Below are positions 40,193 to 49,592 of a DNA stretch of 63,275 nucleotides, in pieces. The stretch is from an uncultured Oscillospiraceae bacterium (GTDB taxonomy: Bacteria; Bacillota; Clostridia; Oscillospirales; Ruminococcaceae). Location: assembly GCA_949291395.1 (NCBI GenBank), contig CASEVW010000117.1:1-63275 (forward strand). Direction: 5' to 3'. The translations under genes and the position numbers were made by a program. Position 1 is the first letter of the stretch. Every line of letters begins with the position of its first letter. The notes under the pieces were generated by a model. That model saw only the letters and a list, made by a program, of their open reading frames with translations. It made no database searches and had not been told where the DNA came from.

Positions 40193-42153
40193 TTTGCATC
40201 CCTCCTGTATGCAAAAAAATAATCCGGGCCTTTCCTGGCCCGGATAAACTCATTTACATCTTCCACTTGCCTTGTAACTGGGAGCGGAGGCAGAGCGTCC
40301 ATCACCTCTTTGTGGTATTTTCCCCCTGGCACTGCCCTGTGGTCCAGTATCGCCACGGTGCAGGTATCGGTTTCTGTTCGGATCGCCCGCCCAAACCCCT
40401 GCCGGAGCTTCACCTGCATCTCCGGCACAATAACATCTTGGATATAATCCTGCAGTGTCATGTAATTTGTCCGCTGCGCTTCACGGATCGGATCCGGCAC
40501 AGGGAACGGCAGCCTGGGAATAATTAAAGAAGACACCATATCCCCGGGGAAGTCAATTCCCTCCCAGCAGCTGCCCGCGGCAAACAACACGGCATTTTGT
40601 TCCCTTTTAAATTGGCGGATCGTGTCCTGCGAGTTCCGCCACACCTCCATGAGCGGGACCGGCATCTGATTCTTCACAAGATTGTATACTGCCCCCATGA
40701 GCGAGTAGGCTGTAAATAGCACCAGCGTATGGCCGCAGGTAGCTTCCACCAGCTGGAGTATTTCTTCCGCGATCTGGTTGATCTCCTGTTCGCTGCCTTT
40801 GGGGGCTTTTTCTCTGCCCGCCGGGAAATAGAGCAAACAGTTCTTTTCATAGTTAAAGGGCGATGGCGCTGAGAATGTCTGCACCTTTTGCACCGTACCA
40901 AGTCCAACCTGTCGGATGACGGGTTCAAAGCTCGTTCCCGCTTTCAATGTTCCCGAAGTGAGCAGCGCTGGGATCCGCTGGCTCCACAGTGCGCGGCGCA
41001 ACTGTCGGGGAATATCCCGGCTCGTCGCGCACAGGCTGGGGCGTCCCTCTCTGTCATATTGCAGGTAGAGAATGTATTCCGCATCCTGTTCCCGAAACAG
41101 TCGAAGTGCGCTTTCCATGTTTCCCAGCCGGTGGATCAGCCATCGGGGAGCTGCCTCGCGCAGGTCCTCCTGGGCCGAGCAAAAAATGCTTTCGCACTCC
41201 TTCAGAGCTTTTCTTCGTGCTGCTGTGAGTACAAACGAAAGCCGCCGCCCGTCTTCCCAATCGGTGTTCTCTTTTTGAAATGCGGTCATCAGGCGATTGC
41301 TCTTTTCCCGAAGCGACTGTGCCACGGGGCCGCATTTTTCTTTTTCCAGTAAGGTATAGAGATCCTCAAACGCTTGTTGTGAGAGGCTCTCTCCGTACAT
41401 CTGACAGGCGGCGTCCGTCAGCTTATGGGCTTCATCCACGATAAGAATCCCGTACTCTTTCAGCAGCGGATGGATCCCTTGCTGCCGATGCATCGCATCC
41501 GCAAGCAGATAGTTATGGTTACAGATCTGAAACATAACGACTCCCGTCTGCGCCTGCCGGAGATAAACATGATAGCGGCAGGCATCCCTTCTTGCGCAGT
41601 TTTTCGGGCACACTTTCGGAACGCAGATCTGCCGTCGATCAAAATCACTGAGTCCGGTGACCGTATCCAGGTCGTAATGCAACATAAGAGAACGCAGCGC
41701 CGCGAGTTGCCGGGCATTCTTCTTTTTCCCTGCGATCGCCCGGAGCCGCTGAGAGAACCGCTCGTCACAAACAAAGCGTTCCTTCCCTTTGCGAACGCAT
41801 GCAGTAAGCGGCTCGCTGATGATCCCGCCGGACAGCAACACTCTCGACAGAAAAGGCAGATATTCTTCCACCATCGCTTCCTGCAGAGCTACGCTGGAGG
41901 TAGAGATCACGACCGGCCTGTTCAGGCCAAGGAAATATTTTCGCGCCAGGATACAGGCGATCAAGTAGGCGTATGTTTTGCCGATCCCAACGCCTGCATC
42001 GCAAAGCGCAATGGTATTATGGAGCAGGCTGTCCAGCATGGCATGGCATAGAACGATCTGTTCGTCACGTACAGCAAGTCCGTTTTCCGGCAAAATGACC
42101 CGGAAGATCCGTTCCGCTTCTGCATGTGCCCGCTCTGTGGTATTGATCAGCAT
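40108..42153 (-). CDS. DinG/XPD family ATP-dependent helicase
   Basis: DAGVGIGKT Walker A, Cys cluster, IVDEAH, TSGTL, WEGIDFPG, QGFGRAIR; start MLINT after AAGGAG. Confidence 0.9.
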   Translation of the reverse strand: MLINTTERAHAEAERIFRVILPENGLAVRDEQIVLCHAMLDSLLHNTIALCDAGVGIGKTYAYLIACILARKYFLGLNRPVVISTSSVALQEAMVEEYLPFLSRVLLSGGIISEPLTACVRKGKERFVCDERFSQRLRAIAGKKKNARQLAALRSLMLHYDLDTVTGLSDFDRRQICVPKVCPKNCARRDACRYHVYLRQAQTGVVMFQICNHNYLLADAMHRQQGIHPLLKEYGILIVDEAHKLTDAACQMYGESLSQQAFEDLYTLLEKEKCGPVAQSLREKSNRLMTAFQKENTDWEDGRRLSFVLTAARRKALKECESIFCSAQEDLREAAPRWLIHRLGNMESALRLFREQDAEYILYLQYDREGRPSLCATSRDIPRQLRRALWSQRIPALLTSGTLKAGTSFEPVIRQVGLGTVQKVQTFSAPSPFNYEKNCLLYFPAGREKAPKGSEQEINQIAEEILQLVEATCGHTLVLFTAYSLMGAVYNLVKNQMPVPLMEVWRNSQDTIRQFKREQNAVLFAAGSCWEGIDFPGDMVSSLIIPRLPFPVPDPIREAQRTNYMTLQDYIQDVIVPEMQVKLRQGFGRAIRTETDTCTVAILDHRAVPGGKYHKEVMDALPPLPVTRQVEDVNEFIRARKGPDYFFAYRRDAKCLNEKEYAQSGSTDAAEVRTARYYLRR

Positions 42154-42289
42154 GGCTATGCTCCTTTTCGAGCCAGCCGTTAACAACAAAGTAATGCAGC
42201 GCAGTTTGTCCATCTGCGCTGCACGGATTTGTCGTTAACGACGGCAATCCTAAATATTGTACGCACCGTATTTATTTCATCCCCCGGTG

Positions 42290-42620
42290 CATGGGAGCCA
42301 TACAGGCGGGCTTTTTGGTCGTAAAGCCCCTTCACGGCATTCCAAAGGTCTTGCTGATTACAACCCTAGGCTGGCCGGCCCATCTGACGTGTGGGCGAAC
42401 GTTCAATCGACGCACTTGCACTACCGCAGGGTCCTGGCGTGTGAGGCGACCGGCACCTCCTTTCGGGCAAAATAGATCGCTCCGACCCCATCTTTCCGCT
42501 CACCTGCACATGGTCAGATAAGTTTCAAGCATTGTCATCCTGGCGCTTTTCCCGATGTCGCTCTCCTGCACAGAGCAGTGTGCTCCCGCATGGCTATGTA
42601 TTCGTATTGTCAAGGTACCG
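42290..42620 (-). ncRNA. Candidate structured RNA in the element's leader
   Basis: Closing stem AGCCAUGCGG/CUGUAUGGCU about 300 nt apart; two GAGCGA...CGCCAGGA motifs; no convincing CDS. Confidence 0.55.
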
Positions 42621-42631
42621 ACCTGCAACGG

Positions 42632-42949
42632 TCAATTGGAGCTAAAGTCGTTGAGGATGGACTGAATGATTTCTTTTCGCTCATCTGTCAGCTCAATCAT
42701 CATCTGCTGCAGAACTTCGGCCTGAGTATAGGAAAGATATTCTCTTCTGCGCCGCTGTGGATTCAGAAGATATATTCCTCCATGTCTTCCCGGCTCCGTA
42801 CACACATCATAGTGCAGAGATAAAACGGCTATATCATGATAGATCGTCTGCCGCGTGACCTGAAAGCGTTCCGCTAATTCTCTGGCCTTAACTTTTCCTC
42901 CGCAGCGAAGGATCTCGACGATGGCTTCTCTTCGCCAGTTTGCGTCCAC
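42632..42949 (-). CDS. DeoR/HTH_11-type HTH protein
   Basis: RR.AI.EIL...ELAERFQVTRQTIYHDI..LS...GRHGGI. Confidence 0.85.
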   Translation of the reverse strand: MDANWRREAIVEILRCGGKVKARELAERFQVTRQTIYHDIAVLSLHYDVCTEPGRHGGIYLLNPQRRRREYLSYTQAEVLQQMMIELTDERKEIIQSILNDFSSN

Positions 42950-43143
42950 ATCCTTTCACCACCTCACTCCTTGCTCCAACTTTATCGTATCAAGATAATG
43001 TCAAAGACCCCTTTACAATTTCTGTGAAAAATTAAGAGAATATAGAAAGCCCAGCACAAGCAACATATCGCTTGTCAACACGCATTTTACATGGATTTTT
43101 TCTAAAAAACAGGCATTGTACAATACTATTGAGGTGAGTTATA

Positions 43144-43506
43144 ATGCCTGATTACCAGAAATCCCTGGGCGACACCGTGCGCAAAGCACGTCATAAAGCA
43201 AAACTGTCACAAGCCGAACTTGCTGAAATTCTGGGAATCGGCCTTCGTACAGTTGGCGATATCGAAAACTATCGCTCCAATCTGACAATGGAAACTTTAT
43301 ATCCGCTGATCAGAACTTTGAACATTGATCCGGTAGAAATCTTTTACCCAGAGCATATCGACAGCACAAATGGTGCCGCAGCTGAATTAAGAGCCAAATT
43401 GGCCACCTGTACCGAAGATGAGGCAATTCTACTTTACGAAATCTGCGATGCCGCACTACGCACAGTAAGAAGCCCTAAAGCCTACTCCGTTTACAAACAA
43501 AAATGA
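43144..43506 (+). CDS. XRE family regulator
   Basis: LG..VR.AR....LSQAELAE.LGI..RTV..IEN. Confidence 0.9.
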   Translation: MPDYQKSLGDTVRKARHKAKLSQAELAEILGIGLRTVGDIENYRSNLTMETLYPLIRTLNIDPVEIFYPEHIDSTNGAAAELRAKLATCTEDEAILLYEICDAALRTVRSPKAYSVYKQK

Positions 43507-43575
43507 AAGAGCCCACACTTCGTCCTTACATAAGGAAGAAATGTGGGCTCTGCGTTTAACATCTGGCTCTCAGCT

Positions 43576-43761
43576 TTATTCTTTTATGCTACATATTTTG
43601 CTATCGACGATGTTGATTAGCGTTTCTCGTCTGCATTTGGGGCAAAATAACGGAAAGTTCAGTAGGGTAGTATCTTTTCTCACCTTAATACGAGTGCGAC
43701 TTTGGCACACAGGACATAAAATCCATTCTGATTTCTCCCCCTGAATAGCTGTCACACTCAA
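43576..43761 (-). CDS. Cysteine-rich KTR domain protein
   Basis: WILCPVC.SRTRIKVR.DT.L.NFPLFCPKC..ETLI. Confidence 0.9.
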   Translation of the reverse strand: MSVTAIQGEKSEWILCPVCQSRTRIKVRKDTTLLNFPLFCPKCRRETLINIVDSKICSIKE

Positions 43762-43799
43762 TCAGCCCCCTAACGTACTTGTAATGACAGCAAATGAGA

Positions 43800-44627
43800 T
43801 TAATCTTCTATTTCTGTACCTGCATAAATTCCAGGATTTTTCCATGTGGTTACATTCTGATGTCCTGCACTCAGCGCACCATCCACCGGAATGGCCGCAC
43901 CGGTGATGTACCGGGCCATATCACTTGCCAGGAACAGAGCCAGCCAGGCACACTCCATGGGATTTCCCATTCTGCCTGCCGGGCAGTCTTTTGCGAACAT
44001 GGCCATTGCTGCTTCGGGAATATCGCCAAAGATGCTGGTTTTGGTATATCCGGGGCAGATAGCATTCACTGTGATTCCATAGGCGGCATAATCCAAGGCC
44101 GCGGCACGGGTCATACCAACCACGCCGAATTTCGTTGCGGTATACAGCGCCTGTCCCCGCTGCGGAACAAGACCGGCTACCGACGCGACATTGATCAGGA
44201 AACCACCTTTGGATTTGCTGCGGAAGATTGCCTCCGCCGCATACTTCATGCCGGCAAATACACTTTCGCTGTTGAGCGCAAAAATCCGCTCATACTCTTC
44301 CACCTCGTATTCATGCAAAGGATTGCCACCCATGCCGATTCCGGCATTGGATACGAAACCGTCCAGCCGGCCATAGGTTTCCACCGCTTTCTCAACCAGA
44401 GCCTTGATCTGTGCAGGATTACTGCAGTCGGTGCGGACAAAGACTGCATCGCCGCCTTGTGCAACGATCTCCTCTGCCACCTTCTGGCCCTGTTCCTCGC
44501 TGCGTGCAGCCAGCACCACTTTCATGCCGTTGGCTGCAAAAGCCCGTGCAATGGCTTCACCAATGCCTCTGCTTGCGCCGGTCACAACGGCAACTTTGCC
44601 TTGTACGCTTTCAAAGTTAGCTTTCAT
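43800..44627 (-). CDS. SDR family oxidoreductase
   Basis: TGASRGIG, NAG, YTATK, NAICPG, VDGA. Confidence 0.93.
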   Translation of the reverse strand: MKANFESVQGKVAVVTGASRGIGEAIARAFAANGMKVVLAARSEEQGQKVAEEIVAQGGDAVFVRTDCSNPAQIKALVEKAVETYGRLDGFVSNAGIGMGGNPLHEYEVEEYERIFALNSESVFAGMKYAAEAIFRSKSKGGFLINVASVAGLVPQRGQALYTATKFGVVGMTRAAALDYAAYGITVNAICPGYTKTSIFGDIPEAAMAMFAKDCPAGRMGNPMECAWLALFLASDMARYITGAAIPVDGALSAGHQNVTTWKNPGIYAGTEIED

Positions 44628-44662
44628 AGAAATCGCTCCCCTCTCTGTTCCTTTTCTTGTTT

Positions 44663-45514
44663 TTATCTCAGAATCCGATTCAGGAATTGCGCACTGACTT
44701 GCGCGCTTTTCACCGGACTGCCGTCGACCCAGTTGCGGTGGCTTTCCAAGATCACCGCATCCACGCTCACCCGCAGCGCCTGCTCCATCAAGCTGTCCAG
44801 ATCCATGTTGCCTGTACCCAGTTCCATGCTGTCAGTTTTCAGAATAGGCGTTACCGCAGCCCCTTGTACCCGGCTCCCTCTGTCGTTGATATGCCACAGC
44901 TTCATCCGGGAACCTAGGCGCTGCATCCATGCCAAAGCATTGGCACCGCCCTCGGTAAACCAGTAACTGTCAAACTCAAAGTTTACAAACCTGGGATCGG
45001 TTTCCTCCAGCAAAATATCATAGGCACGCTTTTGGGTGCTTACCCAGCGCAACTCACAGTTGTGGTTGTGGTAAAGCAATTCCACTCCTTCATTCAACAA
45101 AGCCTCTCCAGCTTTATTCAACCGGGCGGCCAGATCGCGCACAGTAGCTTCGTTCCCGTAGTCAAATCGGTACATACCCGTAATGACCACATATTTGGCT
45201 CCAAAACTCTTTGCCTCCTGTGCCACCGCTTTTGCATCCCGTTCTAAACTGCCCAGATCGGTGTGAAGGCTGACCACCTTCAGTCCCGCTTCCTGTACCA
45301 GCTTGTTCCAGTTAAGATTGCCACCTTTGCCCACCGGCATACCGGCAGCCTTGGTCAGCAGCTTGACCACAAACCCGATGGGATGGATCATAAACCCGCA
45401 CAATTCAATGCCGTCGTACCCGGCCGCTTTGAGAGAAGCCAGCGTTTCACGGGCCTGCGTTTCGTTATTCAATACCGTTCCCAGCATAAACTGCTGAACT
45501 GCTTTTATAGACAT
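44663..45514 (-). CDS. Sugar phosphate isomerase/epimerase (IolE-like TIM barrel)
   Basis: GYDGIE, YHNH..E, EFDSYW, HIND, ELGTG, ILE. Confidence 0.85.
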   Translation of the reverse strand: MSIKAVQQFMLGTVLNNETQARETLASLKAAGYDGIELCGFMIHPIGFVVKLLTKAAGMPVGKGGNLNWNKLVQEAGLKVVSLHTDLGSLERDAKAVAQEAKSFGAKYVVITGMYRFDYGNEATVRDLAARLNKAGEALLNEGVELLYHNHNCELRWVSTQKRAYDILLEETDPRFVNFEFDSYWFTEGGANALAWMQRLGSRMKLWHINDRGSRVQGAAVTPILKTDSMELGTGNMDLDSLMEQALRVSVDAVILESHRNWVDGSPVKSAQVSAQFLNRILR

Positions 45515-47331
45515 TATTCAGCCTCCATTTCTATGATTTCACCCGACGTAATTCCACTTTCATTGAAGCTGTCTACACAGAGGAAATAGCTTTGCCCCGC
45601 GATAAGAGTGGACAAATTCACCTGGGCAGCGTCATAAACAAGCCAGCTGTGATAAAGCTTGTCGGGTGCGCTCCCATAGCGCACATTATATCCTTGCGCG
45701 CCGGGGACCGGCTGCCAGCTCACTTTGCCGTCCAGCGGGCCAACTCGCTTTGCCGCGGCCCGGGCTCGGGCGGGCTTTTCACCGTCACCGTTGCCGAACA
45801 CCCGCAGCCCGCTGATGCGCAGCGTTTGTCCATAAGGCAGCTCCCCGCCTGTCACCCGCACATACCGGGCCCGGATACCGTTGCTGTATTCATAATAACC
45901 GTTGGAACATTCCCGGGCCACGGTTTCCCGGATGGTCCAGGTCTTGCCGTCCACACTGGTTTCCACGGTGTAGTGGGAAATCTGAGGCTGCAGCTCAATA
46001 TGCCGGGTCTTGCGGTCATCCCCGTAGCTGTCGGCAGGGAATCCCACCACCAGCCCGTCATCGGCCAGGTTCACCTGGATGGCCCGGACATCGCATTCCT
46101 TTTCCAGGTCCACACAAAGCCATTGGCCCGGGGCATCGCTGCCTGCGCTCCACCAGTTGCGGCAGGTTTCATTCACAGCCAGGGCAGGATCGCTTCCCGG
46201 TGCGGTAGCGGAAGCCGTGACCGGCTTGCGATAGCTCAGCAGCATCCATTCCGGCTGCCACAAGGACGCATCAAAGCCCCTCGCCGGGATGCGATGCGGG
46301 TAATCGGCAAAATTCTGGTTGCAGAACAGCACGCCGTCCCGGTCGAAGCCCGCCGGGAACAGTCCTACCCGCCGCTCAAAATCATGGTTGACCGAAATGC
46401 GCATAGTGGCTGCATGCCAGTAGTTGCCGTACTGATCGGCGATGGTACTGCCATGACCCGCACCGGTCATAAAGCCGCCGGGCACCGCGGAAAAGGGATT
46501 GGAGGTTTGCAGGGTAAAGGGTCCCAGAGGCGACTTGGCGGTATAAACGCCATCGGCATAGGTATTGTACTGGGTGCCGGGACAGGCATACTGCAGATAA
46601 TAAGTTCCATTGTGCTTGGTCATGTAGGCCCCTTCGATATAGGGTTTACCTACAGCAAAAAACATGGCGGCCAGATCATCGGTGCTGATGCCGGGAATGT
46701 GCTGCATCTCCGGCGGGAATTCCAGCTTGCCGGTGGCGGGGTTGTAGTGTTTTTTCAAAGACTGGTACACCACGCTGGCTTCCCGATCCACCACCCCGTT
46801 ATCACCGGGACGCTCGTAGCCAAGCGTTTCTTCCTGACCACAAATCAATTCCTTCTTTTCTCCGATGGGGGTCATGTTTTCAGGATCCAGTTCCACGCCC
46901 CAGAGCGGGGTAGTATTGGCACAGCCCCAGTAAAGGTAGACCCGCCCATCGTCATCCTGAAACAGGTCGGGATCCCAAAAAGCGAAAGGCGCACTGACCT
47001 CCTCAAACGACTCATGCAGCGGATCTCTACTGCGCAGGATGGGGCAGTTACGCCCCTTCCTACTGGCACAGAAATACAGATACTCCCCCACCTGACGAAC
47101 ATCGGGGGCATAGTCGTAAATCAACAGATCCGGAGCCGCATGAAAGTCCCAGTGCAGCAAATCACCAGAGTGCCAAAATCCCGCAGACATAGAAACAAAA
47201 AGATAATATCTGCCCTTAAAATAGGCCAGCGTGGGGTCGGCTCCCTCCCGGAAACCTGCAATGCGGGGACCTTCTTTCATGTGCTGGTAGCGATAGCCCA
47301 GATCCAGCGGATTGCAGTAGGTCTGCTTCAT
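45514..47331 (-). CDS. GH43 glycosidase with F5/8-type and FN3-like modules
   Basis: GADP, YAPD, WDPDLF, IEGA, GHGS; ATG after AAGGAG. Confidence 0.88.
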   Translation of the reverse strand: MKQTYCNPLDLGYRYQHMKEGPRIAGFREGADPTLAYFKGRYYLFVSMSAGFWHSGDLLHWDFHAAPDLLIYDYAPDVRQVGEYLYFCASRKGRNCPILRSRDPLHESFEEVSAPFAFWDPDLFQDDDGRVYLYWGCANTTPLWGVELDPENMTPIGEKKELICGQEETLGYERPGDNGVVDREASVVYQSLKKHYNPATGKLEFPPEMQHIPGISTDDLAAMFFAVGKPYIEGAYMTKHNGTYYLQYACPGTQYNTYADGVYTAKSPLGPFTLQTSNPFSAVPGGFMTGAGHGSTIADQYGNYWHAATMRISVNHDFERRVGLFPAGFDRDGVLFCNQNFADYPHRIPARGFDASLWQPEWMLLSYRKPVTASATAPGSDPALAVNETCRNWWSAGSDAPGQWLCVDLEKECDVRAIQVNLADDGLVVGFPADSYGDDRKTRHIELQPQISHYTVETSVDGKTWTIRETVARECSNGYYEYSNGIRARYVRVTGGELPYGQTLRISGLRVFGNGDGEKPARARAAAKRVGPLDGKVSWQPVPGAQGYNVRYGSAPDKLYHSWLVYDAAQVNLSTLIAGQSYFLCVDSFNESGITSGEIIEMEAE

Positions 47332-47336
47332 GGTGC

Positions 47337-49520
47337 TCACTCCTTGGGAATGCCTTGCAGCACACGATTAAGTTGCTTGATATCCTCAATGTCAGTACCA
47401 GCCTGCTTGAGCATGCTCTCAATGGTCATGCGCTGCATAGCGCGCTGCATCATGGCCACCAATGCGGGGTTGTCCTTGACAGCGGCGGCCACATCACCGC
47501 GGGCAGCGGTGGCCTTGTCGCTGATTTTCTTCAAAATGGGTCCCACCTTCGCATCAGCCATGGCCGCAGCCATATTATCCTTGACACTCCAGCAAGTTTC
47601 ATCCAGTTCTCCGTCAAACCAGTTGTTTACCTCTTGACGGTTCGCCATCGCATAGGCCGGATTGGGTTTATCCACTTTGTTGATCAGAATGACGCTGGAA
47701 TATCCTTCGGCCCGGGCTTCAACAGAATGTTTCCCGGTGACGGGTACCCGGAAGACAAACACCTTGTCCCCTGTCTGCGTTTCCTGAAGACGACCATCAA
47801 CATACAAGGATACTTGGGGCAGGTTGGAATAGACTTTCACCTCAGTGACATCCTCGGCACGATCCACATACCGGCTGCCGCAGGTATGTACAAAAGGCTC
47901 CTTGCTCCAATATGCTTTGTACAAATAAAAAGCGTCTTTCTTGATCTTGCGATCAAAAGTAACCAGGCCCTTTTGATTTTCTCCGTTTTTGCCACCCTCA
48001 TCCCGGCCATCCGCCGCAAAGTCAAACATATTCCACACATGAGTGGCCCACAGCCAGGGACGCTCGGCGATCATTTTTGCCATGTGCTCATGGTATACGC
48101 ACTGGTAGGTTTCGGTGTAGTCCCCCCGTTCGGGACTGGAAGTCTGATAGGCGGGGTTTGCATCAGCACCATACTCGCTGAACCCGATGCACCGATCAGG
48201 ATATTTGGTATGGTATTCATCAAAGAAGGCATCGTTCTGGTCCAGATCCCCCAGATACCAGCCAAAATACAGGTTATAGCTGTTCACATCAGGAATCTCC
48301 AGGATGGGGTTAGTGATTTCCAGCATGAACACATTTGCCATTGTGGTGGGGCGGGTAGGATCCAGCCGGTGAGCCAATTCGTTGAGAGCACGGTGGTTTT
48401 CCAGCAGCTCCTCAGAAACCGGGCTGGCGGCCGTGATTTCGTTGGAAAGTCCCCATACTGCGATGCAGGGATGGTTATAGTTCTGCACGATGAGCTCTTC
48501 CATCTGGGTCAATGTATTCGCCCTGCCGTTGTGCATGTGCATGGTAATGTAGGGAATCTCGGCCCAGATGACCAATCCCTTTTCGTCGCACAAGTCATAG
48601 AATGCCTGAGCGTGCTGGTAATGTGCCAGTCGAATAGTATTGGCTCCCATCTCCAAGATCAGAGCCAGATCCTCCTCCATCATCTCTTTGGTAATGGCAA
48701 CGCCCACACCCTTGCGGTCCTGATGCCGAGAAACACCCCGCAACGGATATTCCCGGCCGTTGAGAAGAAATCCCTTTTGCGGGTCAACCTCAAATTTGCG
48801 ACAACCAAAACGGACACTTTGTGTTTCGCCACTCTCCAACTGAGCAGTGACGGTGTAGAGATAAGGATCATTCACCCCATCCCACAGGTGTACATTTTCC
48901 AACGCAAAAACAGCTTTGGCAATATCGTTTTCCACCGGGGCGCTCACCATCTGTCCATCCAGTGCAAACTTTACCATTTTAGCTCCAACTGTAAAGGCTT
49001 CTACCGTCACCTCACAGCGGCGTTTTTCCAAATCGGTGACTACCGGCGTTACTTTCACGGGTACCGCGCCGTTTTCCGGCATAGCAAAGTGGGTCGCAGA
49101 CAGAATGTGCAATGTCACATCCCGATAAATGCCGCCGTAAAAGGTAAAATCTGCTTTTTGGGGATACACAGTGTCGTTGTCACTGTTGTCCACCTCAACG
49201 GTGAGGGTATTGGCATCTTGCAGTGCGTCGGTAATATCCACACGGAAAGTGGAATATCCGCCTTTATGTTCGGCCAGTTTTTTTCCATTCAGGGAAACAA
49301 CCGCCGTCATAGCCACCCCATCAAACTGCAACACTGCACGGTCGCCTTCTGCCAGCTGGATATCGGGCAGCTTCTTGGTGTAGATGCAGGTACCGCGGTA
49401 ATAGTCATTACCACCGTCCTGACCATCTATGGCATTCCATGTGTGAGGCAGGGTCACGGATTCGCTGTGCTCCTGCTTGGTAAAAATCCAGTCAGTATTC
49501 AATACAATCGTTTTGCTCAT
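47337..49520 (-). CDS. GH2 glycosidase, probable beta-glucuronidase
   Basis: IRLAHY, WGLSNE acid/base, SEYG nucleophile, YFGWY and NQKG (NxKG); helical C-terminal extension. Confidence 0.85.
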   Translation of the reverse strand: MSKTIVLNTDWIFTKQEHSESVTLPHTWNAIDGQDGGNDYYRGTCIYTKKLPDIQLAEGDRAVLQFDGVAMTAVVSLNGKKLAEHKGGYSTFRVDITDALQDANTLTVEVDNSDNDTVYPQKADFTFYGGIYRDVTLHILSATHFAMPENGAVPVKVTPVVTDLEKRRCEVTVEAFTVGAKMVKFALDGQMVSAPVENDIAKAVFALENVHLWDGVNDPYLYTVTAQLESGETQSVRFGCRKFEVDPQKGFLLNGREYPLRGVSRHQDRKGVGVAITKEMMEEDLALILEMGANTIRLAHYQHAQAFYDLCDEKGLVIWAEIPYITMHMHNGRANTLTQMEELIVQNYNHPCIAVWGLSNEITAASPVSEELLENHRALNELAHRLDPTRPTTMANVFMLEITNPILEIPDVNSYNLYFGWYLGDLDQNDAFFDEYHTKYPDRCIGFSEYGADANPAYQTSSPERGDYTETYQCVYHEHMAKMIAERPWLWATHVWNMFDFAADGRDEGGKNGENQKGLVTFDRKIKKDAFYLYKAYWSKEPFVHTCGSRYVDRAEDVTEVKVYSNLPQVSLYVDGRLQETQTGDKVFVFRVPVTGKHSVEARAEGYSSVILINKVDKPNPAYAMANRQEVNNWFDGELDETCWSVKDNMAAAMADAKVGPILKKISDKATAARGDVAAAVKDNPALVAMMQRAMQRMTIESMLKQAGTDIEDIKQLNRVLQGIPKE

Positions 49521-49592
49521 GGGAAAACTCCTTATCTTATCATAAAACCAAAACCGAAAAGGGAAACCCCTCTCGGCTTCAGTTTTTCAGAT

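Noticed and set aside
40108-42153. DinG as a type IV-A CRISPR-associated helicase
   Set aside because: No csf/cas genes or repeat-spacer array in the window
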